From Leptolyngbyaceae cyanobacterium (GTDB lineage Bacteria; Cyanobacteriota; Cyanobacteriia; Phormidesmidales; Phormidesmidaceae): 49,229 bases of DNA. Below, piece by piece: positions 1 to 10,225 of this stretch. The position numbers were made by a program, and so were the translations under genes. Below the pieces are notes generated by a model. That model did not search any database and was not told the origin of the DNA. It saw only the letters and a program-made list of their open reading frames with translations. The stretch covers positions 1 through 49,229 of the forward strand of contig JBHJHA010000047.1 of NCBI GenBank assembly GCA_050331235.1, in the 5' to 3' direction. Every line of letters begins with the position of its first letter. The stretch's first letter is position 1.

Positions 1-191
1 CTCTATCTCTTTTAACTTATGATGCGCAAATGGCACCAAAAATTAAGCCTGAATTTCCTGCTCGATCAGCCCATCGAGCTGCCAATTCAGGGGCGTAAGA
101 TACCAGTATCTTGCCCATAGATCGGGCATCCTGTAGGGCACAGACGGCCGCAGGTGCACTAACAGCGTCTTTTTCTGCTGATGGAGTTTCT

Positions 192-3100
192 ATGAGTTGC
201 GATCGCCCCTTTCTCAATCAGATCCCAGCGTTGCTATTAGCGATGGATGCAGATGGTCGGCTCACAGCGGTCAGCGATCGCTGGCTGGACTGGCTGGGGT
301 ACGAGCGATCGCAGGTGATTGGACGCGACTGGCGTGACTATTTGACCGCTGAATCTCGCCACCGGGTACAGACCGCCTCCCCTCAGCCTTGGCCCCTGTC
401 AACCGCTGAGCCGGTCTGTTTAGAATTTATGACGGCAGAAGGTGCATCACTGTTGGCACAGGTAGCGACCAGTTCCGGCGAAGATACGCCCCGTTCAGCC
501 CAGACCTATCTAATGAGCTTGACGGCGATCGAGACGAGCCATGCTGAGCACATCGCTTGGCAAAAGCAAATTGAGCTTTATGAAATCAGTTTTAATGCAG
601 TCCCTGTGGGGATTATGCAAACCGATCTTACCCATCGCCTGTCCTGGGTCAATCAGTGCTTTTGCGACATGCTCGGATACACCGCTGCAGAACTGCTGCA
701 GTTATCCATCGAAGACATTACGCATCCCGAAGATATCGAGAAACATCGCCCAGAGCCCATATCCTCAGCAACATTTCAGCCAGAACCCTCGGCAGTCTCT
801 TTAGAAATCCGTTACCGTCGCAAAGACGGGAGCATCCTGTGGGCCAAGACGACTATTTTACAGAGCCACGATGAAGCCCAAGTGCCACAACCGGCAATCG
901 CGATCGTTGAAGATTTGAGCGATCGCAAAACGGCCCAAGCGGTCCAAGCACAACTCGAGGAAACGCTGAGTCTGATCACCGAAACCATTGAAGATCATTT
1001 TTGGATTGATGATGCTCAGCACAGTATCCCGATCTATGACAGCCCTAACATCGAAAAAATCTGGGGTGTCCCAGAGCCAGTACTGACTGCGAATCTAGAG
1101 AATCAGCTTGAAAGGGTCCATCCCGACGATCGCGAGAAAATCATTGCTTTCCGAAGGCGGCAGTCCACTCAAACCCAGCCTGGCCATTACAGTTTTCGGA
1201 TCTACCATCCCAATGGCGAAATGCGCTGGCTGCGAGAACGGAGTTTTCCGTTATTAGATGCCGAAGGCCGTCCGGAGAAGACGGTGGGGGTGACCTCAGA
1301 TATTACTGAACAAAAACAGCTCTTGGAAGCGCTTAGCCAGTCGGAAGAACGCTTTCGGCTGCTAACGGAAAACCTGCAAGACGTTTTTTGGCTCCGGGAC
1401 TTGCTCACTGGGGAAAACTTATATGTCAGCCCAGCCTTTGAGACGGTGTGGCAGCTGTCGCGGTCTGAGCTCCAAGTCAACCCGATGGCATTTTTAGAGC
1501 GCATTCACCCCGACGATCGCCATCACGTCACGACGTACATCGAAGCTCGCCTAGCCGCCCGTGAAAGCATTCAGATTGACTATCGCTTGCTGCTGCCCGA
1601 TGGCACCGTACGCTGGCTGCGCGATCGCGGCTTTCTGATTTTCGACGATGACGGTGCGCCGATCAAGATGGCCGGGATCGCTTCAGACATTACCTCTAGC
1701 AAGGAGGCTGAGGTCTCTCTAAGGCAGTCTGAAGAGCGCTTTCGATTGTTGGCAGAAAACCTGGAGGATGTAGTCTGGCTCCATGATCAGCACACGGCGA
1801 CGTTCTCTTACCTCAATTCAGCAGTTGAGACGGTCTGGCAGGTATCCCGATCAGCGCTGTTAGAAAACCCGCTGCTGATTCAGGAACGGATTCATCCTGA
1901 GGATCGCGACCGGGTCACTGGCTACATGACTGCTCAGATGGCCGCGCGGGAGAGTTTCCGGATTGACTACCGCTTGTTGCGGCCCGACGGCACCGTGCGA
2001 TGGGTGAGCGATCGCGGCTTTCCGATTATGGATGATACGGGTAATGCCATAAATATGGGAGGCATCATCACCGATATCACAGCCAGCAAAACGACCGAAG
2101 CAGCGCTGCAACGATATGAGCGGCTAGTTGCAGCCAATCCTGATCCGGTTTGCCTAATCGGCAAGGACTACACCTATCAGCTCACCAATCCGGCATTCCG
2201 AGCATGGTGTAACGATGGGGTACCGTTAGTCGGTCGGCATGTCGCCGATTATTTTGGGGAGGCATTTTTTGAGGAGATTTCGCAGCCTCGCATCGATCAG
2301 GCATTGGCGGGCAATACTCAATGTTTTGAAGAATGGGCCTACAACCCAGAGCTGGATGCACCACAGTTCATCAGTATTACCTACGCGCCCTACTACGATG
2401 CAGATGGTCGCATCTCGGGGGTTAGTAACAGCATTCGCGATTTGACTACGCTGAAGCGCACCCGCGATCGCCTCAATCAGACCGCCGAACGACTGCAGAT
2501 GCACATGCAAAATTCCCCGCTGGCGGTGATTGAGTGGGATCACACCCTCACAGTGCAAAATTGGTCCAATCAGGCGGTCACGTTCTTTGGGTGGTCAGCT
2601 GAAGCCATGCTAGGGCGTCACATCAGCAACCTCCCCATTTTTGCCACTGAGACCCAGGCCGATATTAGAGCTTACATTCATGACTTACTGCATGGCGAGA
2701 CACAGCGTCAAACCATTCTGACCTGTAATCTGACCCACAACAATGAACGGATCTACTGCGAGTGGTATAACTCGGTGCTGCTCGATAGCCACGGACAAAT
2801 CCAGTCGATCTTGTCCGTGGTGCAAGACGTCACTGAACGGCGACAGACCCAGCTCGCCTTACAGATCAGTGAGGAACGTTGGCAACTTGCAATCTCCGGG
2901 AGCAACGAAGGTATTTGGGATTGGCATATCCCGTCGGACCAGGTCTTTTACTCCCCTCGGTGGAAAGCCTTGTTGGGCTATGCCGATGAGGAACTACCCA
3001 ACACCCGCAGGGTTTGGTCACAGCTCGTGCATCCTGACGATTTGGGACACGTCCGCACCGCGATGACTGCACACCTGCGGCGGGAATGCGAAACCTATCA

Positions 3101-6100
3101 AGCCGAATATCGCATGCGCCACAAATCGGGGGATTACATCTGGATTTTGGCGCGGGGGCAGGCGGTTTTTGATGCATCTGGTGCGCCGATACGGTTTGTC
3201 GGGTCTCACGCTGACATTAGCGATCGCAAACAGGCCGAGTTAGATCTTCAAGCATCGCAACGGCTGCTGCAGCTTGTGTTTAACCACATGCCACAGCGGG
3301 TCTTTTGGAAAGGGCTAGATGGGCGCTTTTTAGGCTGTAACCAAGCCTTTGCAGCAGACATGGGCCAATCGGCTCCCGCTGCGGTCGTGGGCAAAACCGA
3401 TACAGAGCTAGGAGTATTCCACCCTGAGCTGCTGCAAAAATTTGCCGCCCGCGATCGCGAAGTCATCGCGGCAGGTCAATCGCTCACCTTTGACGAACAG
3501 GAGAACCGGTACGAAGATGGGCGCGTGCGCTGGATCTCTACCATCAAGTCCCCCTTTAAAACCCCCCAGGGAGAACTATTGGGCATCTTTTGCTGCTATG
3601 AAGATGTGACTGACCGGGTACTCGCTCAGCGATCGCTACAGCGCTACGCCCGCATGGTAGCCGCCGCCAGCGACGGCATCTGTTTGCTCGATACTGAGTA
3701 TCGGTATCAGGTGATCAATCAAACCTACCAGGATTGGTATGGCCACGGCGATCAGCCCATTTTGGGCCAAACGGTCGCTGAGGTCTTGGGCCACGCTACC
3801 TTTGAAAATCGTCTCCGGCCGCTACATGAACGCTGCTTGGCTGGTGAAACGATTCGCTATGAGCGTTGGTTTGAGTTTCCCCACTTAGGCAAGCGGTTTC
3901 GCAATGTCACCATGACCCCCTATCGGGAAGCCAGCGGGGAGATTACCGGCGTACTCACCAGCATTCGCGATTTGACTGCGCTGAAGGAGAGCGAAACACA
4001 ACAGCAGCAGTTATTTGAAGTGATTGACGCGACCCCTGATCTGATCGGCATGGCATTACCGGATGGCCGTACGGTCTATACCAATCCCGCCTTTGATCGG
4101 TTACTCTCGGCCCGGGCCCGCTCGCTCAGCCACATTCAGCATTATCATCCGCAATGGGCAGCCGAAAAAATCATTCAGGAAGCGATTCCCTATGCGATCG
4201 CCCACGGAACCTGGCAAGGGGAAACGGCCCTTGCGACAGAAGACGGTAAGGAAATTCCGCTCTCACAGACCATTATCGCGCACCGCAATGACCAGCAAGT
4301 GCTCAAGCTGCTCTCAACCATTGCTCGCGATATTCGCCCGCAAAAAGCCCTCGAACAAGAACTGCGCGATCGCCTCAGATTTGAACAGTTGCTCAGTCGA
4401 CTATCCACCGAATTTGTTAATCTACCTTGCGATCGCCTGCACTCCAGCATTGCCCAGGCGCTAGTCGAAATCGCCCAACTCACTAAAGTCCAGCGCAGCT
4501 ACTTATATCTATTCTCCAGCGATGGTGAACGCAGTCATCTCTATAGCCAGTGGCATAGCGATGACCTTGAACCGATTCCACCTCAGCTGCAGGATGTGCC
4601 CTCCAGTTCGTTTGAGTGGTTCATGACACAGCTAGGAGAGCAACACATTATCGCCATCAACGCCCTTGATGATGTGCCGTCTGAAGCAGCTATGCTGCGG
4701 GCAGCCATGGACAACATGGGCACTCAAGCGCTGGCCGTTATCGCCATGCGCCATAGCCAAAAGCTCATTGGCGTCATTGGGTTTTCCTTGACCCAACCCA
4801 AGTGTTGGACCGATGACGAGCTGATGCTACTGCAGTTGGTGGGCGATTTGTTTACGAGTGCATATCAACGGCAGCAAATCGATGCGGCGCTCAGACGTCA
4901 AGAGCACTACTATCGCCAACTGACGGAAAATGCCTCAGATCTCGTGGTGCTGCTGAATGAGCACGGGCAATTGCAATACATTACCCCCTCAGTCACTCGG
5001 TTGCTGGGCTATCAGCCCGATGCGCTCAAACATCGCGCCGTGAGAGAGTTCGTTGCCCCTGAAGACTATTTATCGCTGCTACAGGTACGCCAAGCGGCGA
5101 TCGCCCAGCCCGGCAAACCACAGCCGCTTGTGCAATGTCGGGTCCGCCACGAGCAGGGAGAATGGCGATATTTTGAAGCGATCGCCACGAGTCTGCTAGA
5201 GGACGAGGGGGTCAAAGGCATTGTGGTGAACTGCCGAGATGTCAGCGATCGCGTAGCCGCAGAAATTGCTCAACGCCATAGCGAGGAAGTCTTTCAGGCA
5301 ATTTTTGAGCAAGCAGCCATCAGCATGGCCCAGATATCGTTGGATGGGTTTTATCTCAAAGTCAATCCGGCGTTTTGTCAGCTAGTCGGCTTCACGGCTG
5401 CCGAGCTCATCGGCGAGCACTATGCCAAAGTCACCCATCCCGATGACTTAGCCTTTGATGTGGATTTGACGAATGCAGTGGCGCAAGGAGACGTCCCGGC
5501 TCAGGTCATCAATAAACGGTTTTTGTGTGCCGATCGCTCAGTCCGCCACGTGCAGGTTGTGGTCACTGCGGTGCTGGGGGAGGAGGGTAAACCCGCCTTT
5601 TTAGCCTCCGTCTATAACGACTTGACGGAACAAATCATGGCGGAGCGATCGCTCCGCAGCATTGCCGAAGGCACAGCCGCCGTGACCGGAGAGGCATTTT
5701 TTCCGGTTTTGGCGCGTCAGCTAGCCGAGACGATCGGCGTTGAGCACTTGTTTATTTATCAACTGAATGACAACCAGGCGCTCGATACGCTGGTTTATTA
5801 CGGCCGCCTTGCTAACGCGGCTGAGCTGAGCCCTCACACCGCTGGCACCCCCTGTGAATTGACCCTGCAGCAGGGATTTTATTGCTGTCCAGAGCATGTG
5901 CAAGAGCAGTTTCCCAACGATGCCGATCTGGCTTGGCTCAACGCCGACAGCTATGTCGGCGTCGCCCTCATGACGTCTGCTGGCGAAGTGATTGGCGAAA
6001 TTTGCGCCATTCACAGTCAGCCCATCCAAAACTTAGACAATGCCATCACCCTCCTCAGAATCTTTGGAGCTCGAGCCAGCGCGGAGTTAGAGCGGCAGCA

Positions 6101-8825
6101 GTCGACGGCAGCGCTGCAGGCCAGCGAAGCCAATTGGCACAATATTTTGAACAATATGCCGGTGCTGCTCGATGCCATTAATCAAGAGGGCATCGTCACG
6201 CTTTGGAATCAAGAATGTGAGCGCGTGACCGGATACAGCGCCGCCGAAATTGTGGGTAATCCTCAAGCCTTTGACTGGTTGTATCCCCAGGCAGAGCAGC
6301 AGCGAGCGCTGAGAAAGGCTTGGGGTGACCACGAGAGCAACTATCGTAACTGGGAATGGCCGATCACCTGCAAAGATGGAAGCCAACGCATGATCGCCTG
6401 GTCCAATATTTCTAGCGAGTTTCCCATTCCTGATCTGGGCTCTTGGGGCATCGGCGTTGATGTGACAGAGCGGCGACGTGCCGAGGATGCTCTGCGGCAA
6501 AGCGAAACGCGGTTTCAGAGCTTGGCAGCCAACATGCCAGGGATCATTTGTCGCTATCACCAAACTCCGGATGGTAGCAGCTACTTTAGCTATGTCAGTC
6601 CTGGCAGCCGAACCCTGTGGGAGTTAGAGCCAGAAACCGTTTATGCCGATGCTAGTCAAGCTTGGGCATTAGTGCATCCTGATGATCTGAGGGAATTTAG
6701 ACAGTCGATGAAAGCCTCGCGGCGGTCGGGACGCCCTTGGTTTTACGAGTATCGGATTCATACGCCATCGGGAGCTGAGAAATGGGTACAGGGCGTTGCC
6801 AAGTCAGAACTGCAGCCTGACGGTAGCTATGTCTGGGACGGTTTACTAATCGATGTCACCGCTCGCAAGCGGGCAGAAATCGACTTGATCGCTAGTGAAG
6901 CCCGCTTTCAGCGACTGGTCAGTAACACCCCTGGGATTATCTATCGCTACCATCTTGACCAGCAAAACTTGATGAACTCCTATGAATCAGGGTATTTCAG
7001 TTACATTAGCCCAGCCTGTCGAGAACTTTGGGACCTAGAGCCCGCCGCTATTTTGGCAGATGCCGCCACGGTGTGGGCATTGTTTGAGTCTAGCGATCGC
7101 GAAGCCCTGCAAGCAGCCTTTCTGCATTCCATTCATCATCTCGTTCCCCTGTCGGGTGAGTATCAGATCACCACTGCCTCAGGCACACTCAAATGGTTTA
7201 GGTTTATCGCTCGGCCGGTGCAGGAATCTCAGCAGCGCTATCTGTGGGATGGCGTCGTGATTGACGTGACGGAACAAATCATTGCGCAGCAGGCCTTGCA
7301 GCAGAGCGAAGCGCTTAATCAAGCCATCATTGATGCCCTACCCGATATGCTCGTCCGGATGGATATCGATGGGATATGCTTAAATGCCCATTTTCCAAGT
7401 TCGTTTCCCACGTTGTTTCGGGGGCCGATAGTTGGACGCCACCTCCGAGATATATTGCCGCCTGATTTGGTTGAGCGGCGCATTGCGGGAGCGCGCCAGG
7501 CGATCGCTACGCAACAGACTCAGGTATGTGAATATCAAGTCTCAGTCCAGGCAAGTACTTGGTGGGAAGAGTCGCGCATCGTCCCCTTGACTGATCGCGA
7601 GGTATTGGTCCTCATTCGCGATGTGGATGAACGTCGCCGCGCCGAGGAAGAAGTCCGGCGACTCAATCACATCCTAGAGAGCCAAAACCAGCGGCTAGAA
7701 GAACTTGTCGAACTTCGCACCGCAGAGCTAGTCACCTTCATGAACACCCTACCGGATCAGATTTTCGTTGTTGATCGCGATCGCCATCTTTTAACCTTTG
7801 GCAATCAGGCAGCGATTGACTTTGCTGGTTTGGCTAGCCGCCATGACTTTGAAGGGAAAACGGTTCATGACTGCTTTTCTGAGGAACGGGCCGCTTATTA
7901 CGTGCAGCAAAATCAACAGGTCTTTACCACGGGCGATGTCTTACACGTTGAGGAAAAAATCCCAAAAGGCACGGGACATGTTTACTTAGACACTTACAAA
8001 ATCCCGCTAAAACGGCCCGATGGCCAAGTCTATGCTCTCATTGGCACTTCCCGCGACATTACCGAGCTGGTCGAAATTCGTCAGGCCCTCGAAGCGCAAA
8101 CGACTCAATTGGCCGCGACCAATCTAGAGCTCGAGTCGTTTTCCTACTCGGTCTCCCATGATCTGCGCGCCCCGCTGCGCCACATCAATGGGTTTATCTC
8201 CGCCCTCAGACAGCGGCTGATCGCTACCGCTCAGCCGCCTGAGGCAAAAGTTATCCATTATTTAGACGTGATTGAAAACAGCAGTCAAAGAATGGGGTCG
8301 CTCATCGACGGATTGCTGACGCTATCGCGAGTTGGGCGGCGAGAAATGAGCCTGCGTCCAGTGCCACTCAATCCCTTGGTCGACCAGGCGATCGCCCTCG
8401 TCTGCGAACTGCCTGAAAATGCACATCATCAGCTGCAAATTGAAATAGAGCAGTTGCCTACAGTGCAAGGAGATGCCGCCCTCTTACAGCAGGTATTTAG
8501 TAACCTGGTGGGCAATGCGGTGAAGTTTAGCCGCGATCGCGCACCCGCTAGCCTTCACATTGGCCAGCAAGGAGAGAACACCTTCTTCGTCCGTGACAAC
8601 GGCGTTGGGTTCGATATGGCCTATGCCGATAAGCTGTTTAGTCCGTTCCAACGACTACATAAACAAGAAGAATTCCAAGGCACGGGCATTGGGCTAGCCA
8701 TCGTAAGCCGCATCGTGCATCGCCATGGGGGGCAGATATGGGCAGACAGCGCCATCAATCGCGGCACCACAGTCTACTTTACGCTGCCCCTCGCGGCACC
8801 ATCGCCCCGTTTAGCCACCCCTTAG
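192..8825 (+). CDS. Giant cytoplasmic multi-sensor histidine kinase (~18 PAS/PAC, 2 GAF, HisKA + HATPase_c)
   Basis: ORF 111..8825; ATG at 192 preceded by GGAG (183-186). Repeated PAS/PAC signatures (IHPDD, DITE/DVTER). H-box ESFSYSVSHDLRAPLRHI, N-box NLVGNAVKF, G1 VRDNGVGF, F-box LFSPFQRL, G2 GTGIGLAI. No hydrophobic TM segment seen. Confidence 0.93.
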   Translation: MSCDRPFLNQIPALLLAMDADGRLTAVSDRWLDWLGYERSQVIGRDWRDYLTAESRHRVQTASPQPWPLSTAEPVCLEFMTAEGASLLAQVATSSGEDTPRSAQTYLMSLTAIETSHAEHIAWQKQIELYEISFNAVPVGIMQTDLTHRLSWVNQCFCDMLGYTAAELLQLSIEDITHPEDIEKHRPEPISSATFQPEPSAVSLEIRYRRKDGSILWAKTTILQSHDEAQVPQPAIAIVEDLSDRKTAQAVQAQLEETLSLITETIEDHFWIDDAQHSIPIYDSPNIEKIWGVPEPVLTANLENQLERVHPDDREKIIAFRRRQSTQTQPGHYSFRIYHPNGEMRWLRERSFPLLDAEGRPEKTVGVTSDITEQKQLLEALSQSEERFRLLTENLQDVFWLRDLLTGENLYVSPAFETVWQLSRSELQVNPMAFLERIHPDDRHHVTTYIEARLAARESIQIDYRLLLPDGTVRWLRDRGFLIFDDDGAPIKMAGIASDITSSKEAEVSLRQSEERFRLLAENLEDVVWLHDQHTATFSYLNSAVETVWQVSRSALLENPLLIQERIHPEDRDRVTGYMTAQMAARESFRIDYRLLRPDGTVRWVSDRGFPIMDDTGNAINMGGIITDITASKTTEAALQRYERLVAANPDPVCLIGKDYTYQLTNPAFRAWCNDGVPLVGRHVADYFGEAFFEEISQPRIDQALAGNTQCFEEWAYNPELDAPQFISITYAPYYDADGRISGVSNSIRDLTTLKRTRDRLNQTAERLQMHMQNSPLAVIEWDHTLTVQNWSNQAVTFFGWSAEAMLGRHISNLPIFATETQADIRAYIHDLLHGETQRQTILTCNLTHNNERIYCEWYNSVLLDSHGQIQSILSVVQDVTERRQTQLALQISEERWQLAISGSNEGIWDWHIPSDQVFYSPRWKALLGYADEELPNTRRVWSQLVHPDDLGHVRTAMTAHLRRECETYQAEYRMRHKSGDYIWILARGQAVFDASGAPIRFVGSHADISDRKQAELDLQASQRLLQLVFNHMPQRVFWKGLDGRFLGCNQAFAADMGQSAPAAVVGKTDTELGVFHPELLQKFAARDREVIAAGQSLTFDEQENRYEDGRVRWISTIKSPFKTPQGELLGIFCCYEDVTDRVLAQRSLQRYARMVAAASDGICLLDTEYRYQVINQTYQDWYGHGDQPILGQTVAEVLGHATFENRLRPLHERCLAGETIRYERWFEFPHLGKRFRNVTMTPYREASGEITGVLTSIRDLTALKESETQQQQLFEVIDATPDLIGMALPDGRTVYTNPAFDRLLSARARSLSHIQHYHPQWAAEKIIQEAIPYAIAHGTWQGETALATEDGKEIPLSQTIIAHRNDQQVLKLLSTIARDIRPQKALEQELRDRLRFEQLLSRLSTEFVNLPCDRLHSSIAQALVEIAQLTKVQRSYLYLFSSDGERSHLYSQWHSDDLEPIPPQLQDVPSSSFEWFMTQLGEQHIIAINALDDVPSEAAMLRAAMDNMGTQALAVIAMRHSQKLIGVIGFSLTQPKCWTDDELMLLQLVGDLFTSAYQRQQIDAALRRQEHYYRQLTENASDLVVLLNEHGQLQYITPSVTRLLGYQPDALKHRAVREFVAPEDYLSLLQVRQAAIAQPGKPQPLVQCRVRHEQGEWRYFEAIATSLLEDEGVKGIVVNCRDVSDRVAAEIAQRHSEEVFQAIFEQAAISMAQISLDGFYLKVNPAFCQLVGFTAAELIGEHYAKVTHPDDLAFDVDLTNAVAQGDVPAQVINKRFLCADRSVRHVQVVVTAVLGEEGKPAFLASVYNDLTEQIMAERSLRSIAEGTAAVTGEAFFPVLARQLAETIGVEHLFIYQLNDNQALDTLVYYGRLANAAELSPHTAGTPCELTLQQGFYCCPEHVQEQFPNDADLAWLNADSYVGVALMTSAGEVIGEICAIHSQPIQNLDNAITLLRIFGARASAELERQQSTAALQASEANWHNILNNMPVLLDAINQEGIVTLWNQECERVTGYSAAEIVGNPQAFDWLYPQAEQQRALRKAWGDHESNYRNWEWPITCKDGSQRMIAWSNISSEFPIPDLGSWGIGVDVTERRRAEDALRQSETRFQSLAANMPGIICRYHQTPDGSSYFSYVSPGSRTLWELEPETVYADASQAWALVHPDDLREFRQSMKASRRSGRPWFYEYRIHTPSGAEKWVQGVAKSELQPDGSYVWDGLLIDVTARKRAEIDLIASEARFQRLVSNTPGIIYRYHLDQQNLMNSYESGYFSYISPACRELWDLEPAAILADAATVWALFESSDREALQAAFLHSIHHLVPLSGEYQITTASGTLKWFRFIARPVQESQQRYLWDGVVIDVTEQIIAQQALQQSEALNQAIIDALPDMLVRMDIDGICLNAHFPSSFPTLFRGPIVGRHLRDILPPDLVERRIAGARQAIATQQTQVCEYQVSVQASTWWEESRIVPLTDREVLVLIRDVDERRRAEEEVRRLNHILESQNQRLEELVELRTAELVTFMNTLPDQIFVVDRDRHLLTFGNQAAIDFAGLASRHDFEGKTVHDCFSEERAAYYVQQNQQVFTTGDVLHVEEKIPKGTGHVYLDTYKIPLKRPDGQVYALIGTSRDITELVEIRQALEAQTTQLAATNLELESFSYSVSHDLRAPLRHINGFISALRQRLIATAQPPEAKVIHYLDVIENSSQRMGSLIDGLLTLSRVGRREMSLRPVPLNPLVDQAIALVCELPENAHHQLQIEIEQLPTVQGDAALLQQVFSNLVGNAVKFSRDRAPASLHIGQQGENTFFVRDNGVGFDMAYADKLFSPFQRLHKQEEFQGTGIGLAIVSRIVHRHGGQIWADSAINRGTTVYFTLPLAAPSPRLATP
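199..206. repeat. HIP1 octamer GCGATCGC (first of many dozens of copies dispersed across the window)
   Basis: GCGATCGC at 199, 274, 305 and repeatedly thereafter in coding and intergenic DNA; hallmark of most cyanobacterial genomes. Confidence 0.95.
1344..2117 (+). repeat. Tandem internal duplication of one PAS-PAC module (387-nt period) in the kinase gene
   Basis: gaagaacgctttcggctgctaacggaaaacctg (1344) vs gaagagcgctttcgattgttggcagaaaacctg (1731); attgactatcgcttgctgctgcccgatggcaccgt vs attgactaccgcttgttgcggcccgacggcaccgt. Confidence 0.8.
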
Positions 8826-9057
8826 AAGGGCGTAAGCTGAAGCCATCACCAGGCTGGCTATGCCACTTACTGTGGATGCATAACGGGCTAGACGAGCGGT
8901 TGTAAGGATACGCCTTCATCGCCATATTGGCTCAACCACACCATCCGACTGGTTGATTGCCAGGGTCAAGACGTACAGTAAAGGAAATAACTCATCGATG
9001 CCGGGGTTAGATATTAAGTCGATGCCCTGTACGTGCTAACTGTTCTTCCCAAGCACC

Positions 9058-10089
9058 ATGACCCATCCATCGCCAATGCCGACGCCCGAGTTTTTTCAAC
9101 CTCAAAAGGTTGAGCAAGTCTATCGTGTCCCGTACCAAGAAAGAGCGATCGCGGCGCGAGAATGGTCCCAACAACATCAGATTTCTCCCGCCAGTCAAGA
9201 TGCGTTTCGAATTTGTTTACTGCTGATTGATGTACAAAATACCTTTTGCTTACCAGAGTTCGAGCTATATGTCGGGGGCCAATCGGGACGTGGGGCCATC
9301 GAAGATAACCAGCGATTAAGTCAGTTTATTTATCAAAATCTAGGCATCATCACCGCGATCGCCCCCACCATGGATACCCACACAGCGGCGCAGATTTTTC
9401 ACCCGTTGTTTTGGGTAGACGCGACGGGGCAGCCACCGGCGCCCATGACCATGATCCACCATGACGATGTCGTCGCTGGCAAATGGCGGGCGAATCCCGC
9501 CATGGCCCCATATATGGCCACGACAGACCTCCAAGAATTTGCGCTGCATTACACCAAACGCCTGACGCAAGACAGCAAATATCCCTTAACAATTTGGCCT
9601 TATCATTCCATGCTAGGCGGCATTGGCCATGCCTTAGTTTCTGCGATCGAAGAGGCCTGTTTCTTTCATTCTATCGGTCGCAATAGCCCCACTCGCTATG
9701 AAATCAAAGGCAGCAATCCCCTGACCGAAAATTATTCTGTCCTCAGTCCAGAAGTCTTAGAGGATGACAAAGGGACAGCGATCGCGACTCAAAATCAACG
9801 CTTTACCGAGATGCTGCTGGGCTTTGACGCCATTATCGTGGCCGGTCAGGCCAAGAGTCACTGCGTAGCCTGGTCAGTAGATGACTTACTGACCGAAATC
9901 GCCGCTAGAGACCCTAAACTCGCGGAAAAAGTCTATCTGCTCGAAGATTGCACCTCTCCCGTAGTGGTGCCTGATGTCGTGGACTTTACTGATGCTGCGA
10001 ATGCCGCCTACGAAAGGTTTGCGGCGGCTGGGATGCACCGCGTCACCACCAGCACGCCGGTATCTGATTGGCCAGGCATCGGGCGCTAG
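9058..10089 (+). CDS. Isochorismatase/cysteine hydrolase family protein (nicotinamidase-like)
   Basis: LLLIDVQNTF (catalytic Asp), TMDTH, WPYH, EIKG (Lys), GQAKSHCV (nucleophilic Cys), LLEDCTS. Confidence 0.85.
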   Translation: MTHPSPMPTPEFFQPQKVEQVYRVPYQERAIAAREWSQQHQISPASQDAFRICLLLIDVQNTFCLPEFELYVGGQSGRGAIEDNQRLSQFIYQNLGIITAIAPTMDTHTAAQIFHPLFWVDATGQPPAPMTMIHHDDVVAGKWRANPAMAPYMATTDLQEFALHYTKRLTQDSKYPLTIWPYHSMLGGIGHALVSAIEEACFFHSIGRNSPTRYEIKGSNPLTENYSVLSPEVLEDDKGTAIATQNQRFTEMLLGFDAIIVAGQAKSHCVAWSVDDLLTEIAARDPKLAEKVYLLEDCTSPVVVPDVVDFTDAANAAYERFAAAGMHRVTTSTPVSDWPGIGR

Positions 10090-10225
10090 GTGAGCCCCGC
10101 AATCCAGCGAAGTCCCAGTCAAGGCATCTGGTCAACTAGCTGATTGGCAATATAGACGGTGCGGGAACCAATTTTCAACCCATGCCGCCACCATCCCTCA
10201 AAGGCTCTCTCTTCAGCCGCTGCAG

